Source: the human T2T-CHM13v2.0 reference genome, Homo sapiens. From it: a stretch of 64,000 nucleotides of DNA. The notes beneath the pieces are model-generated. The model saw nothing but the letters and a program-made list of their open reading frames with translations, did not search any database and was not told the origin of the DNA. The translations under genes were made by a program, and so were the position numbers. Location of the stretch: the NCBI RefSeq assembly GCF_009914755.1, contig NC_060947.1. The stretch is one strand, 5' to 3'. Positions within the stretch are counted from its first letter, which is position 1. Each line of letters opens with the position of its first letter. This document shows, in pieces, positions 1 to 15,639 of the stretch.

Positions 1-67
1 CTCCAGCCTGGCGACAGAGCAAGACTCAGTCTCAAAAGAAAAAAGAAAAAGAAAAAAGAAAAAAAAA
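1..67 (+). mobile_element. Alu 3' end and A-rich tail (cut by the window edge)
   Basis: CTCCAGCCTGG-CGACAGAGCAAGACTCAGTCTC followed by a (GAAAAA)n tail. Confidence 0.93.
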
Positions 68-793
<726 letters not shown>

Positions 794-839
794 ACGGAAA
801 GCTCTCCAATGACTCTCCACATATACCTCTTATCCTGCC

Positions 840-1370
840 CTTCAAAGCCCTACTATGATCTGTCTTATTTTCTCTCTGACCCGATCTCCTAGGATACATT
901 CTCACTTACACTATTCCGTACACACTGATTTCCTTGTTAATCATTGAGAACACCAGGGTCTATTCTAATCTAAGAAAGTTGTATTTTTCCCTATGCCTGG
1001 AATGTACTTCCCTCACCTTCACTCTCCTCTATGCACATCATTCCATAGCTGACTTCTCAATAATTGAGATCTGGAAAGTGGCATAGTTTAATAACTCAAT
1101 GTTAAATAGCCAGATGACTATACTCTATCATATTACCTGTTCTATTTATCTGAAAAACACATTGCTATTTAAATTTTTATAGTTTTTTTTAATATATTTG
1201 CCTGTTTATTTTCATCCCTCCCTACTAGAATATGAGCTTTGTGAGACATGGGAACTTTTCTTTCTGCCAGGGATTCCTTTTGGTTTGGTTCCTGCTTCAT
1301 ATACTCTATCTAGAATAGGGTTTGATACATAATAGATTCTCTCTATGTATTTGTTAAATGAAAAATGAAT
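840..1370 (+). mobile_element. Degraded L2 3' region
   Basis: L2-like motifs ATGCCTGGAATG and CTAGAATATGAGCTTTGTGAG, and terminal TATTTGTTAAATGAAAAATGAAT. Confidence 0.55.
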
Positions 1371-1639
1371 AGACATTTATCAAATAAAACCAATAAATGT
1401 ATAATTGCAAGAGTGCTGAGTACTGTAAAGAAGTTCATCAAAATCCCTTTACAGGGATTTTGATGAAGAAAAGTACTGGTAGGATGTAGGGAAGCTACTT
1501 TAGGTAAACACATTTACCAAGTGCTTTCTATGGGGGTGGTAATTTGAGACCTGATAGAAGAGAAGGAGCTGGCAATGGAAAATGTGATAGAAAGAGTTCT
1601 CACTATTTTTTCTTCCACTTATTTTTTACACATTTATTT

Positions 1640-1890
1640 TAACTTTTTATTTTAAAATAGTTATGGATTCACAGAAAGTTCCTAAGATAGTACAGAGATG
1701 TTCTGTGGACCAGTCATCCAACTTTCCTCATGAAAACTATAGTATAATAGCAATTCCAGGAAGTTGACAGTGGTACAATGTTTGTGTATAGTCCTATGCC
1801 ATTTTATCACGTGTAGGTTTGTGTAAACACTATTACACTCATACTGCAGAACTACTTCATCATCACAAAACATCACCCTCAGGCTGCTGC
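1640..1890 (-). mobile_element. Old L1 (L1MC-like) 3' fragment
   Basis: TTTATTTTAAAATAGTTATGGATTCACAGAAAGTT...AACTATAGTATAATAGCAA...GAAGTTGACAGTGGTACAAT, typical of an antisense L1MC 3' UTR. Confidence 0.55.
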
Positions 1891-2973
1891 TTTATATTTT
1901 TCTCAGTCCCTTTGATTTTCTGCAGTTATGGGCTGTGGTGATTTAGGGTGAGGTCAGTACAAAATTGTTTCTATTCCATAAAGAAATGTATGCATCCATT
2001 CCTTGTTTAACTACTTCCGATAAGGCAGGATTTGTCGGGAGATTTTGAAAGCAAGTTATACATTTGCGTCAAATAGTGCCCTGAGTCATTTACAAGATGT
2101 TCAAAATAGCATGTGTTAGAGTAATAATTTTATGGTTCACATTCAATTATTGCTGTCCTAAAATCAGCAGGGTCTTTCTCTACTACAAGGTCAGATGCAA
2201 ACTGTTTCCCCACTGTGGGAAAAAAAAAAAAAAGAGATTTTCATAAAACCTAACCTGAAGTGTGCAAAGGGAATTAATTCCATTAGAGTACTAGCTTGTG
2301 CCTTCAAACTACCTGGGTATTCTGAAGATCTGTTTTGTAGTATTTTCTCTTTTCTACTCTACTCTCATTTGGAGATTAAAATTTTAAAAATACTTTGGTC
2401 AAATCTTACTCTTCTTTCTTGATCTTTTCTCATTACCTCATTATACAGTCATGTCTCACTAACAATGCTTGAAATTCTCCTAAGCATTGGGACTGAGACT
2501 AGCAAAGAAACATTGTTTTCATGAGATGGTTATTAACCTGACAGTGCTCATAGATTGTCACCCCACACAGCCTTCTTGTCCCTAAAGAAAATTTGAGCAA
2601 AGTTCCCCATGCACAATGCTTCTGAAGCTCTGGGCAGCTGCTCTCTTTCAGAGACTCTAAAAACATGATGAAATTATGTCACCAGAAGCAGTTCATTTGC
2701 CAGTGGACCAGCTGCCGTTTTGTGTAGACAGATTTATCAGAGGGTTGAATGCTGAGAATAACCTCAAGTATGGGGACATTGTAATTATGAATTCCAAATG
2801 GAAGAATTCACAACCAAAGATATCATCACAACATAATGCATCTGAATCTGTGTCCTCTGCTCCCCTAGGATTAAATATCACTATAGCACAAATAGGCAAT
2901 TTATCTGCAGTGTCAGCCTTTAAAAAATTGTATTGAGCATCCTTGATTTTTCCTAAGTTTAAGTTAAGGGGAA

Positions 2974-3004
2974 CACACACACACACACACACACACATAC
3001 ACAC
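2974..3004 (+). repeat. (CA)n microsatellite
   Basis: Directly visible. Confidence 0.95.
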
Positions 3005-3209
3005 TCACTTTTAGGACTTGAGGACAGATGCAAAATGCATATAGGCAAAAAATTTCTCACCATAAATATTCCAAAATCACTGTATTGATCATTTTATTTA
3101 ATCTATTACACATTATTAGGAAGTGTCCTAAAATTCTATGTGTTAGTGAGATTACTAGTTGTCATTTGAAAGGCTATATTAAATGGGGATTAGAACACAA
3201 ATCAGATGA

Positions 3210-6200
3210 GAGGGAGAAGCAAGGTGGCAAAATAAAAAGCTCCACAAATTATTTTCCCCACAAGGACACCAAGGTACCAACCGTCTACAAGGAAAAAAAA
3301 AAACATCTTCATAAGAATCAAAAATTACATGAGCACTCATAGTACCTGGTTTTAACTTCATATTGCTGAAAGAGGCACGTAAGTGACAGAAAAAACAGTC
3401 CTGAACCAATGAGGCCACCCCTCCCCGACCCCCAGCAGCAGCAGTGTGGTGCTGAGACCATCCCTGGACATTGGGGGAGGGAGAACACAGCAATTGTCAA
3501 GCATTTAACTCAGTGCTGTCCTGTTAAAGCACAAAGAAAAACTGGACCAAATTCAGCTGACACTCACCAGCGGAGGGAACATTTAAGCCAGCCCCAGCCA
3601 GAGGGGAATCACCAATCCCACTGGTTGGAAACGCCAGTCGGAAATTGAGCGCCTGCAAACCTCACCACCAAGGGCTACAACACTCTGTGTCTCCAAGTAA
3701 ACTTGAAAGGCAGTCTAGGCCATAAGGACTGCAACTCTTAGGTGAGGTCTAGTGTTGAACTAGGCCAAGAGACAGTGGACTGGATGGGCACACGACATAC
3801 TGAGACACCAGCTGGGGCAGCAAAAGGAGTGCCGGCATCAACCCTCCCCAAATCCCACACGGCACAGCTCACACTTCTGAAAGCGACCCCATCCTTCTAC
3901 TTGAGGACAGGAGAGGAAAGAGTGGGGAGGATTTGGTCTTGTATCTTAGATACCAGCTCAGTCACAGCAAGATAGGGCACCGGTCAGAGTCATGAGGCCT
4001 GAAAGACAAAAAAAAAAAAAAAAAAAAGTTCCAGCCCTTGGTGTCCAGAAGACATTTCTAGACACATTCTGGGCAAGAAAAGAAACTTCTCTCTTGAAGG
4101 AAAGGACCCAGTCCTTCCAGCATAAATCACCTGCTAACTAAAGAGCCCTTGGGCGCTGAATAACCAGCAACAATACCCAGGTACTGCGTCGAGGGGTTTG
4201 GGAGAGCCTCTGAGACTTGCTGGCTTCAAGTGAGACTCAACACATTACCAGCTGGGGTGACTATGGGGTGAAACTCTTTGTGCTTGAGAAAAGCAGAGAG
4301 AAAAGTAAAGGGGACTTTATCTTGCACCTTAGGTACCAGCAAGGCCACAAATGGGCTGTTGAGGTCCCTGTATTTACAAGTTGACACTTAAACAGTATTT
4401 CTGGACCTACCCTGGGCCAGCAGGGAGCCCACTGCGCTGAAGGGTGAGTCTCAGGCCAGGCAGCATTCACCACAAGCTGACTTAAGAGACCTTGGGCTTT
4501 AAGGAAACATTGGTGGTTCTCTGGCAATACAGCTCCTGGGCTGCAGTGGTGGTGGCTACGGTGTGAGGCTCCTCTACCTTGGGAGAAGGGAGAGAAGAGT
4601 GGGAAGGACTGCATCTTGTGGTTTGAGTGCCAGCTCAGCTGCAACACAATAGAACACTACATAGACTTCTAAGGTTTTTGATTGCAGTCCCTGACTCTTA
4701 GACAACACTTTTGGACCAACTAGAGGACTGGGAAACCTTGCCACCCTGAGGCAAAGGACACAGGAATAGCTGGCACTGCCACCTGCTGATTGCAGAGCCC
4801 AAGGGCATTGAACAAACATAAACAGTAGCCAGGGAGTGGTTACAGCAGGCCTTGGGCAAGAGCCAGCACTGTGATGGATTCAGGTATGACCCAGAGCAGT
4901 CATAGTGGTGGTGGCCACAGGGGTGTTTCTGTCACTGCATACCCAGTTTTAAGAGGCTTAGAGGAGTGAGAGAAACTCTGTAAGTTTTGGACAAAATAAG
5001 AAAAGAGAACAAGAGTCTATGCCTGGTAATCCAGAGGATTCTCGCGGATCTTGTCTAAGACCATCAAAGTGGTACTTCTATGAGACTGCAAGATCCACAG
5101 CATTACTGGGCTTGGGGTGCCCCAAAAGCAGATACAGCTTAGATCACAAGACCCAAGTCCTTTTAAATATCTGGAAAGGCTTCCCAAGTAGAATGGCTGC
5201 AAATAAGCCCAGAAAGTAAAGACTACAATAAGTACCTAACTCTTCAATACCTGGACACCAAAGAACATCTACTAGCATTAACACCATCCAGGAAAACTTG
5301 ACCTCATCAAATGAACTAAATAAGGCATCAGGGACCAATCTTGGAGAAAGAGAGATATGTGACCTTTCAGAAAGACAATTCAAAATAGCTATGTTGAGGA
5401 AACTCAAAGAAGTTCAAGATAACACAGAGAAAGGAAATTAGAATTCTATCAGATAAATTTAACAAAGAGATTGAAATAATTAAAATAAGTCAAGCAGAAA
5501 TTCTGAAGCTGAAAAATACAATTGGCATATTGAAGAAGGCATGAGAGTCTCTTAATAGAATGAACCCAGCAGAAGAAAGAATTAGTGAGCATGAAGACAG
5601 TCTATTTGAAAATACACAGTCAGAGGAGACAAAAGAAAGAAAAATAAAAAACAAGCAAGCACTCCTATAGGATCTAGAAAATAGCCTCAGAGAGACAAAG
5701 TAAAGAGTTATTGGCCTTAAAGAGGAGGTAGAGATATAGTGGTAGAAAGCTTATTCAAATGGATAATAACAGAGAACTTCCCAAACTTAGAAAAAGATAT
5801 CAATATCCAAATACAAGATAGTTATAGAACACCAAGCAGAATTAAACCAAAGAAGACTACCTTTAGGTATTTAATAATCAAACTTCAAAAGATGAAAGAT
5901 AAAGAAAGGATTTTAACAGTAACAAGATAAAAGAATCAAATAACATACAATGGAGTTCCAATATGTTTGGCAACAGACTTTCAGCAGAAACCTCACAGGC
6001 CAGGAAAGTATATATAAGGTGCTAAAGGAAAGATACTTGTACCTTAGACTAGTATATCCCTCAAAAATATCCTTCAAATATGACGGAGAAATAAAGACTT
6101 TCCCAGAAAAACAAAAGCTGAGGACTTCATCAGTACCAGACCTGTTGCACAGGTATTTATATATATAGATGTGTGTGTGTATACATATATATATACACAC

Positions 6201-9200
6201 ATATATATACACACATATGTATATACATATATGTACACACATATGTATATACATATATACACATATATACACATATATATACGTATATACACATATATAC
6301 TCATATACACACATATATACATATATACACACATATATATTTATGATCCAAGTGGGTCTAATAAATATTTACAGAACATTTTATCCAAGAGCTGCAGAAT
6401 ACACATTCTTCTCCTCAGCACACGGATTATTCTCAAGGACAGACGAAATGTTAGGTCACAAAACAAGTCTTAACGCATTCCACAAAATTTTAATAATATC
6501 AAGCATCTCCTCTGACCACAATGGAAGAAAACTGAAAATTAATAACAAGAAAATTTTGGAAACTATACAAATACATGGTAATTCAACAATATGATTTGGA
6601 ATGAACAGTGGGTCATTAAGAATCTAAGAAGAAAATAGAAAAATTTCTTGAAACAAATGATAATGGAAACACCACGTGCCAAAACCTATGAGATACAGTA
6701 AAAGCAGTACTAAGGGTGAAGTTTATAGCTATAAGTGCCTATATCAAAAAAGAGGAAAACCTCAAATGAGCACTCTGATGATGTATCTTAAAGAACTAAA
6801 AAAGCAAAAGCAAAGCAAACTCACAATTAGTAGAAGGAAAGAAACAATAATAATCACAAAAGAAATAAATGAAACCAAAATAAAAAAATACAAAAGATCA
6901 ATGAAACAAAATGTTGTTTTTTGAAAAGTTAAAGAAAATTGACCAAACTTTAGTAATATTAACTAAGAAAAAAAGAGACAAGATACAAATAAATAAAATC
7001 AGATATGAAAAAGGAGACATTACAACTGATGCTGCAGAAATTCAAAGGATCATTAGTAGCAATTATGAACAACTATATGACAATAAATTGGAACATCTAG
7101 AAGAAGTGTACCAATTCCTAAATATATGCAACCTACCAAGATTGAACCAGGAAGAAATCCAAAACCTGAACAGACCAACAACAAGTAATGAGTTTGAAGC
7201 CATCACAAAAAATCTTCCAGTAATGAAAAACCCAGGACTCGATGGCTTTGGTGATAAATTCTACCAAACATTTAAAGAAGATCTAATTACCAATTCTAGT
7301 CAAACTATTCTGAAAAATAGAGGAGGAAGGAATACTTCCAAACTTATTCTGTGAGTCCCGTATCACCCTGATACCAGCATCAGGCAAAGACACATTAAAA
7401 AAAAACCTACAGGCCGATAACTTTGATGAATATTGATGCAAAACCCTCCACAAAAGACTAGCAAATGGAATTCAACAATTAGGAAGATCATTCATCATGA
7501 TGAAGTGGAATTTGTCCCTGGGATGCCGGGATGGTTCAACATAAGCAAATCAATCAATATAATACATCATATCAACAGAATGAAGGATAAAAACCATAAG
7601 ATTATTTCAATTGATGCCGAAGAAGCATTTGATGAAATTCAACATCCCTTCATGATTAAAAAAGAACCCTACAAAAACTGGAGATAGAAGGAACATCCCT
7701 AAACATAATAAAAGCCATATATGACAAACTCACAGCTAGTATCATAGTGAATGGGGAAAAACTGAAAGCCTTTCCTCTAAGACCTGAAACACAACTAGGA
7801 TGCTCACTGTCATCATTGTTATTCAACATACTACTGGATGTCCTACTTAGAGCAATCAGACAAGAGAAAGACTTCAAGGGCATCCAAATTGGAAAGGAAG
7901 AAGTCAAATTATCCTTCTTTGCAAATGATAGAGTTTAATATTTGGAAAAACCTAAAGACTCCCAGGAAAACTGTTAGAACTAATAAAATTCAGTAAAGTT
8001 GCAGGATACAATATCAGCACACAAAAACAGTATCATTTCTATATGCCAACAGTGAAAAATGTGAGAAAGATATTTAAAAACAATCCCATTTACAATAGCC
8101 ACACATAAAATTAAATACCTAGAAATTAAACAAAGAAGTGAAATATGTCTACAATGAAAACTATAAAACATTGATGAAAGAAATTAAAGAGGACACCAAA
8201 AAAAATTCCGCATTCAATAATTGGAAAAATAAATATTGTTAAATCTCCATACTACCCAAAGCAATCTATAGATTCAATGCAATCCTTATCAAAATACCAA
8301 TGACATTCTTCACAGAAATAAAAAAAAATTCTAAAATTTATACAAAACCACCAAAGACCCAGAATAATCAAAGCTGTCCTAAGCAAAAGGAACAAAAATG
8401 AAGGAATTACATTACCTGACTTCACATTATACAACAGAGCTATAGTAACCATAAAAAAATAGACATATAGACCAAGGAAACAGAATACGGCACCCAGGAA
8501 CACATCTACACAAGTACAGTAAACTCATTTTTGATGAAGATGCCAAGAACATACACTGGGAAATAGACAGTCTCTTTGATAAATGTTGCTGGGAAAACTG
8601 GATATTCATATGCAGATAAATGAAACACCACTATCTCTAGCTGTTTGCAAAAACCAAATCAAAATGGATTAAATACTTAAATCTAAGAGCTCAAACTATA
8701 AAACTACTGCAAGAAAACATTGGGTAAAATATCCAAGACATTGATCTGAGCAAAGATTTCTCGAGCAATTTCCCGCAAGCACAGACAACTAAAACAAAAA
8801 TGGATAAATGGGATCACATCAAGCTAAAAAGCTTCTCAACAGCAAAGGATACAGTCAACAAAGGGAAGAGAAAATCCATAGAATGGGAGAAAATATTTGC
8901 CATCTACCCATCTGACAAGGGATTAAAAACCAGAATATAGAAGGAGTGCAAACAACTGTAGGAAAAAAATCTAATAATCTGATCAAAATTGGGCAAAATA
9001 TTTGAATAGACGTCTCTCAAAAGAAGACATACAAATGGCAAACAGGCATATGAAAAGGTGATCACATCATTGATCATCAGAGAAGTGCAAATCAAAACTA
9101 CAATGAGATATCATATCGCCCCAGTTAAAATGGCTTATATCCAAAAGACAGGCAATAACAAATAGTGAGGATGTGGAGAAAAGGAATCTTTGTACACTGT

Positions 9201-9944
9201 TGGTAGGAATGTACATTAGTACAACCACTGTGGTGAACAGTTTGGAAGTTCCTTAAAAACTAATAATGGAGCTGCTCTATGATCCAGCAATCCCACTGCT
9301 AGTTATATACCCAAAAGAAACAAAATGCGTATATTGAAGAGATACCTGCTTTCCCATGTTTGTTGCAGTACTGTCACAATAGCTAAGATTTGGAAGCAAC
9401 ATTAAGTTTCCATCAACGGATGGATAAAGAAAATGTAGTACATATATATGATGAAGTACGATTCAGCCATAAAAAAGAATGAAATCCAACCATTTGCAAC
9501 GACATGGTTGGAACTAGAGATCATTATGTTAAGTGAAATAAGCCAGGCACAGAAAAACAAACGTCGCATGTTCTCACTTATTGGTGGAATCTAAACATCA
9601 AGGCAATTGAACTCCAGGATGATTACCAGAGGCTGAGAAGGGTAGTGGAGAGACTTGAGGAGAAGTGGGGATGGTTAATGGGTACAAAAAAGCAGAAGAA
9701 TGAATAAGACCTACTATTCGATAGCATAATAGGGTGAGTATAGTCAATAATAATTGTACATTTTAAAATAACTTAAAGTGTGTAATTGGATTGTTTGTAA
9801 CTCAATATAAATGCTTGAGGGAATGGATACGCCATTCTTCATGATGTGCTTATTTCACATTGCATGCTTGTATCAAAGCCTCTCTCATGTACCCTATAAG
9901 TATATACACCTACTATGTACCCACAAAAATTATAAAAATAAAAA
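3210..9944 (+). mobile_element. Near full-length L1MA2-like LINE-1 (5'UTR, ORF1, ORF2, 3'UTR), inactive, with an internal deletion
   Basis: ORF1 remnants (ENFPNLEKDINIQIQ, LVYPSKISFKYDGEIKTFPEKQKL) and ORF2 remnants ([36 protein letters not shown]). L1MA-type 3'UTR ends CCTACTATGTACCCACAAAAATT. Many stops and frameshifts. Confidence 0.92.
6153..6343 (+). repeat. (TA)/(CATATATA)n compound microsatellite at the L1 deletion junction
   Basis: Directly visible; it accounts for the Y/I/H/T-rich ORFs in the track. Confidence 0.95.
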
Positions 9945-10303
<359 letters not shown>

Positions 10304-10629
10304 TTATTGAAAGTCCCCTGGAAATGTTCAGTATTCTATGGTATTTTGGGCAGAATTAACAAACTTTATATCTAACATTAAAAATTCAAAATTTTTCACA
10401 TTTCAATAGGGATAATTTCATCACTTAAGGCTGTCTGCACCATATGACACTGCCTTTTATAGTCATCTTTCTAAGAATAGTAAGAGTTTTTTTATTGAAA
10501 CACATGATATATATTTCAGCTAAATTTTGCTTTTTTCTCTTTCATAGTTGATAGATTATCTCAAAGAGCTCTTTCTTTTCTAGTTTATTTAACACAGATT
10601 TCCACCAACATTCCATTAGTAGCTATATT

Positions 10630-11500
10630 CTCTCTTAGCATCACTGGGCAATTCCATCCGTTGCCATGTTTTAAGTACCATATATATACTGATGATTCTC
10701 AAATATTAATCTCTAGCCCAGCCTATTCCTCTTAATTCTAGACTGAAACACTCAACTACCAGCTGTACCTTTTACTCATTTATCCAGTGATCATAAAATC
10801 TATTCTTCAAACCTGAATACACTTCTCCAACACCCGAATTTCTTTTTTTTTTTTTTTTTTGCCTACTCAGTTTCATAGTACCATGAATAATGTCACTATC
10901 GAAGCAGAATGTAAACTTTTCATCCTCCCCTCAACATGTACATGCAGTTAGCAAACAAATCTTTCTGGTTTCTTTTGATCTCCCCCTCTTGTCTTTCTTT
11001 AAGGCCACTTCTCAAACTCAGACTCTATTCCCCTTGTGACATATTGCTATAGTCTCCTAACTGGCTTTTCTACTTCCGGTCTCTTTTTTATGCTGTCATT
11101 TTCACACTGCTCTTTGATTTACCTTCCAAAACCATAGATCTGATGATGCTGCTGATCTGTTCCTTTTAAAAAATGCTTTCTAGTGCACATATTCTGATGT
11201 AAAACCTCATATAATATAATCTCAATGTATCTTTTCAGCTTTATTTTTCTGCTAGCCATACTGACCTATTTGCCATGCATGATGGAAGAAGACTCAATTC
11301 TTCCAGTTTTGGCTTTAGCTTGAGCTTTTCCCACAGCGGAAAATTCTACACTTGCATATCCATGTTCTGAATTTGTTGTCCTATTTATCTTAGAAGATAA
11401 AATTCAAATATTTCCTCCTCCATAAAATATTTCTGTGTCTCCTAGTAGCACGTAATCTCTCATTCTCTTTCATGGAATGTTTTTATAACTGGGTTAAATA
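10630..11500 (+). mobile_element. Degraded L2
   Basis: TACCATATATATACTGATGATTCTCAAATATTAATCTCTAGCCCAG (L2 RT 3' region motif) and downstream L2-like text. Confidence 0.6.
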
Positions 11501-11514
11501 ACCTTTTATTATTT

Positions 11515-12600
11515 TTACAAAATTCACTTATTGAGTTTCTTGAGTTATTATTTGTGAGGTACAAAGGTTGTACTGGTGACCAATGTAGACCAGCTCCCTA
11601 TTATTAGGAGGCTTATATTCTACTGGTGAGATAAATAAACAGTAAACCCAGTTCAGAAGGCACAATAGTGTTGCAATGTGCTATGACTTTGGTAAGAGTA
11701 GGGAGCATCTTTAGATCAGATCATCATGAAGGGCCTTGTTGAGGAAATGACATTTGAAATGTGGCCTGAATGACGAGCAGAAGCTGCCCATGTGAATTTA
11801 GAAATAAAAAACATTCCATATAGAATCAACGATAAGTAAAAATTTCCGAAGGGGAGAAAAGGTATTCGAGGACCAGAAAAGAACTGCATACCTGAAATGC
11901 AATGAGCTGATATTTGGATATTTACTAAGCATTTACTATGTGCAAGATGGTGAACAAAACAGAGACATTCCTTGATCTCAAGTGGTGTCAGTATAATGAA
12001 CAAGATGAATATTGACCCGCAATAACACAAACATATACTGATATTGTGATTAGGGCAATTAAGGAAATGTAAGGGCAGGCACTCTTATATGCTTTCCAGG
12101 TAGCAAAATGGAGATTTTCAGAAAATTGTCACATCTGCGGAGGTCAGAGAAGAGGTTCGGACTGAAGATGTTAATTAGTTAGTCCTCAACATATAGATGA
12201 GTAATTGAAGTCTTGGTTTTAAAACAAGGCTCCAGGCTACAACATTAAGAAACTATTTGAGGATAAGCCTATGAAAGTGCCTAGAAGGAGAAGCCAGAGA
12301 ACTAAGAGGAAAACCAGAATACCAGAAGCTAAGAGAAATAATAGCCTCAAAAGAGAGGGAGTTAAAACTTTGGCCAATACTGTTGAGAAATTAATGGGCA
12401 TGAAATCTGAAAAGCATGTTCTGGATTGTCCAACAAGAAAATCATTGGTAAAGCTGAGAGAAATTAATATTGGTGAAGTGGTGGGGACAGAGAAGGAACT
12501 AGAATGAGTTGGGGAGAAATGGGAAGTAATGCAATGGAGACATGATTTATAGACACTTCTTTCCAGGGACTTGGCTATAAGCAGTAGTAGAGAATTGGCA
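11515..12600 (-). mobile_element. Degraded L2 fragments (at least two)
   Basis: Antisense L2 ends TTCACTTATTGAG and TATTTACTAAGCATTTACTATGTGCAAG, plus GAGGAAATGACATTTGAAATG and GTGGTGGGGACAGA motifs. Confidence 0.6.
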
Positions 12601-12714
12601 ATTAGAATAACCTCAATTAAAGTGATCCCAACATCATTTGGGTACTACCAAATGATTTAAATCTCTTCATTGATTTAAACTTCTTTTTCCTTCTCTTAAT
12701 TATGTGTTGTTAGA

Positions 12715-12880
12715 TCACCACCATTATTTTCATTTTCTATTACTGAAGAACAAGTGGGTTAGACTCAATGAATTTTTAAAGGCCATAAGTATCTATTCAA
12801 AGGTTACACAGCTTAGAAGTAGCAGAGCTGAAGCCAAAAGCTATGTCTTCTAATTTCAACTTGATCATGCTACGTGCTAC
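12715..12880 (-). mobile_element. MIR fragment
   Basis: AAGGTTACACAGCTTAGAAGTAGCAGAGCTG core-like motif. Confidence 0.5.
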
Positions 12881-14429
12881 CTCCAGTCAAAACCTATATT
12901 CTAAGTCATTCTGTCTTTAAACATAAAGAGGTTGAGTTATTCTGAAGGAAATTGTTCACCAACCTCTTAAGGTTAATTTTGGCTTTAGGGGAAATTTCCT
13001 TATTCTGTAATGATTTAGAATGTGATCTTCTAAGCAGATATCTAAAGGCAATCACCTGAAGATGACTGCTCCTAAGCATAGATCCTCACTGATAACCCTA
13101 CACCTTGGGCTTTTATTATCATTAATTATATAAAAAAACATAATTTGTTGGGGATGGGATGTAAATAATTATATTTTTCTCAGGAATTGATGTTGGGACA
13201 CACATATTTACCTAACAAATATTCACTTTTTAAAAATTATAACAATGATAAGTTGTCCATAATCACATTTGTAATTGTTTCTGGTGCTCCAAATCCATTA
13301 CAGAGAAACATCTGTGTATCATTTTCAACTCAAAGAATAGAAGAGCTGGAATGGGCAACAGAGGTCTTGCTACCCAATACTGTCCTGGTTCCATGATTGA
13401 AGGCATATTACTGTAAAATACTTTTAAACATCCTATTTGTTGGAAGAGAAGACTACTGTGCCTCTTTGCTTTTTATAAATAATATCCAGAAGTTTTCTCT
13501 CCATTTCTCAGTTCTTGGACATTATATCACAGAATGCATACCATTGTATGTACCCTTACTATATTTGCTATTTATGGGAATTCACCCAAGTTATTAATTT
13601 TATAATATTTTTCTGGAAACATTTCCCTTTCTAAGTATTTTTAGGGAATTGTAGGAAAAAAACTCTTTAATCACAAAGTTATACTAAAAACCTAAACAGA
13701 AACTATGACATAATACAGGTTAACCTTTAAACTTTAGATAGCTTGTATATAGACACCAAGAAATAAAATGGTAATCTTAGTCCAAGGTACCCATTTAATT
13801 TGTCACTATCTTTACCATTTTATTCCTTATTTAAGTGTGGGGATGAAGCCACTTCCTGAGACTTTCAAGCCATATTGATCACCTCTTTGTTATGCTCACA
13901 TTCTGAATATTGCCTGGACTCTCATACATGTGCCAAGCCTCGGCCAAACATGTTCTCTCTCAGCTCAACTTCAGTGAATCCATCATCCAGCATATTTATC
14001 ACCACCCGTAAAACTAGCACAGTACTTTTTGTGGCTAGTCAACCAGAAGGGTATACATCAGCTCTCCTGAGTTCTGAAAAAGTAGATTCTGACAAATAAA
14101 CAGACAATTCACTGTAAAACAAAATAAAACAAAACAGCAGTGCTAATCGTGAGCATTTTCATTGTGTTGGAAAAGGCATAAGGCAAAGAGCACAGCAGCT
14201 CCTTCCCCACTGTCATGTATAGATTTATAGTTTAAGATATACAGTACAAGTATATATACTTGGGAGAATATACTGGAGAGTAACAGAGTAAAACCTGATA
14301 CCAGTCAAGGGAAAAAGCAAAAGGGCCATATAGTTTCAAATTGAAACAAACAGTGAGCAGAGAGTTATTTTATAAACGAGAAAGAATGCTGCTTTATAAA
14401 TATAATGCACATTTTACTCCTCTTTTAAT

Positions 14430-14720
14430 CAATAGAGTTTATGTTTTTAAAACAGTTTTAGATTTACAGAAATCTACAATTCCCCCTATTGTTAACATGA
14501 TGCATTGGTATGGTACATTTGTTGCAATTAATTAATCATAACAATTGATACATTATTACTAACAAAAGTTCACACTTTAGATTAGGGTTCATTCTTTGTG
14601 TTATATAGTTTTATGGGTTTTGATAAAAACATAATGTCATGTATCCACCATCACAATGGGAGGCAATTGTTTCGTCATCATAGAAATTTCTTATACTTCA
14701 CCTATTTATCTCTATTTTAC
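14430..14720 (-). mobile_element. L1MC/MD 3' fragment
   Basis: CAGTTTTAGATTTACAGAA...TATGGTACATTTGTTGCAATTAAT...ATTAGGGTTCATTCTTTGTGTT. Confidence 0.6.
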
Positions 14721-14879
14721 TCTTTTTTAAATGTATCATGAGTATATTTATTATGGTATCAAGTTCAAATGAGATCAAATGTTTAAATCTATTGAATTTG
14801 TCAATACAAAGCAAAATTGTAACATATACGCATTTTCTTCTATATTTTTAAAATTTTATTTAAAAGACTATCAAAATAA

Positions 14880-15178
<299 letters not shown>

Positions 15179-15187
15179 CCAAAATGA

Positions 15188-15533
<346 letters not shown>

Positions 15534-15639
15534 TAATCTCTTACAAATATGTGAGGTCATGGATATGTTAATTAGCTTGATTGTGGTAATGATTTCACAA
15601 AGTAAATCAAAACATTACAATGTACACTTTAAATATATA

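Noticed and set aside
2676-3004. Opposing 86/103-aa ORFs in unique sequence
   Set aside because: No recognisable domain, one starts inside a (CA)n repeat, and there are no convincing splice signals. Conservation cannot be assessed from sequence alone.
5913-6594. Overlapping Y/I/H/T/C/V-rich ORFs
   Set aside because: They are translations of the TA/CA microsatellite joined to L1 remnants.
13880-14110. Possible minus-strand exon (acceptor TCTGTTTATTTGTCAG near 14089)
   Set aside because: No good matching donor was found, so support is insufficient.
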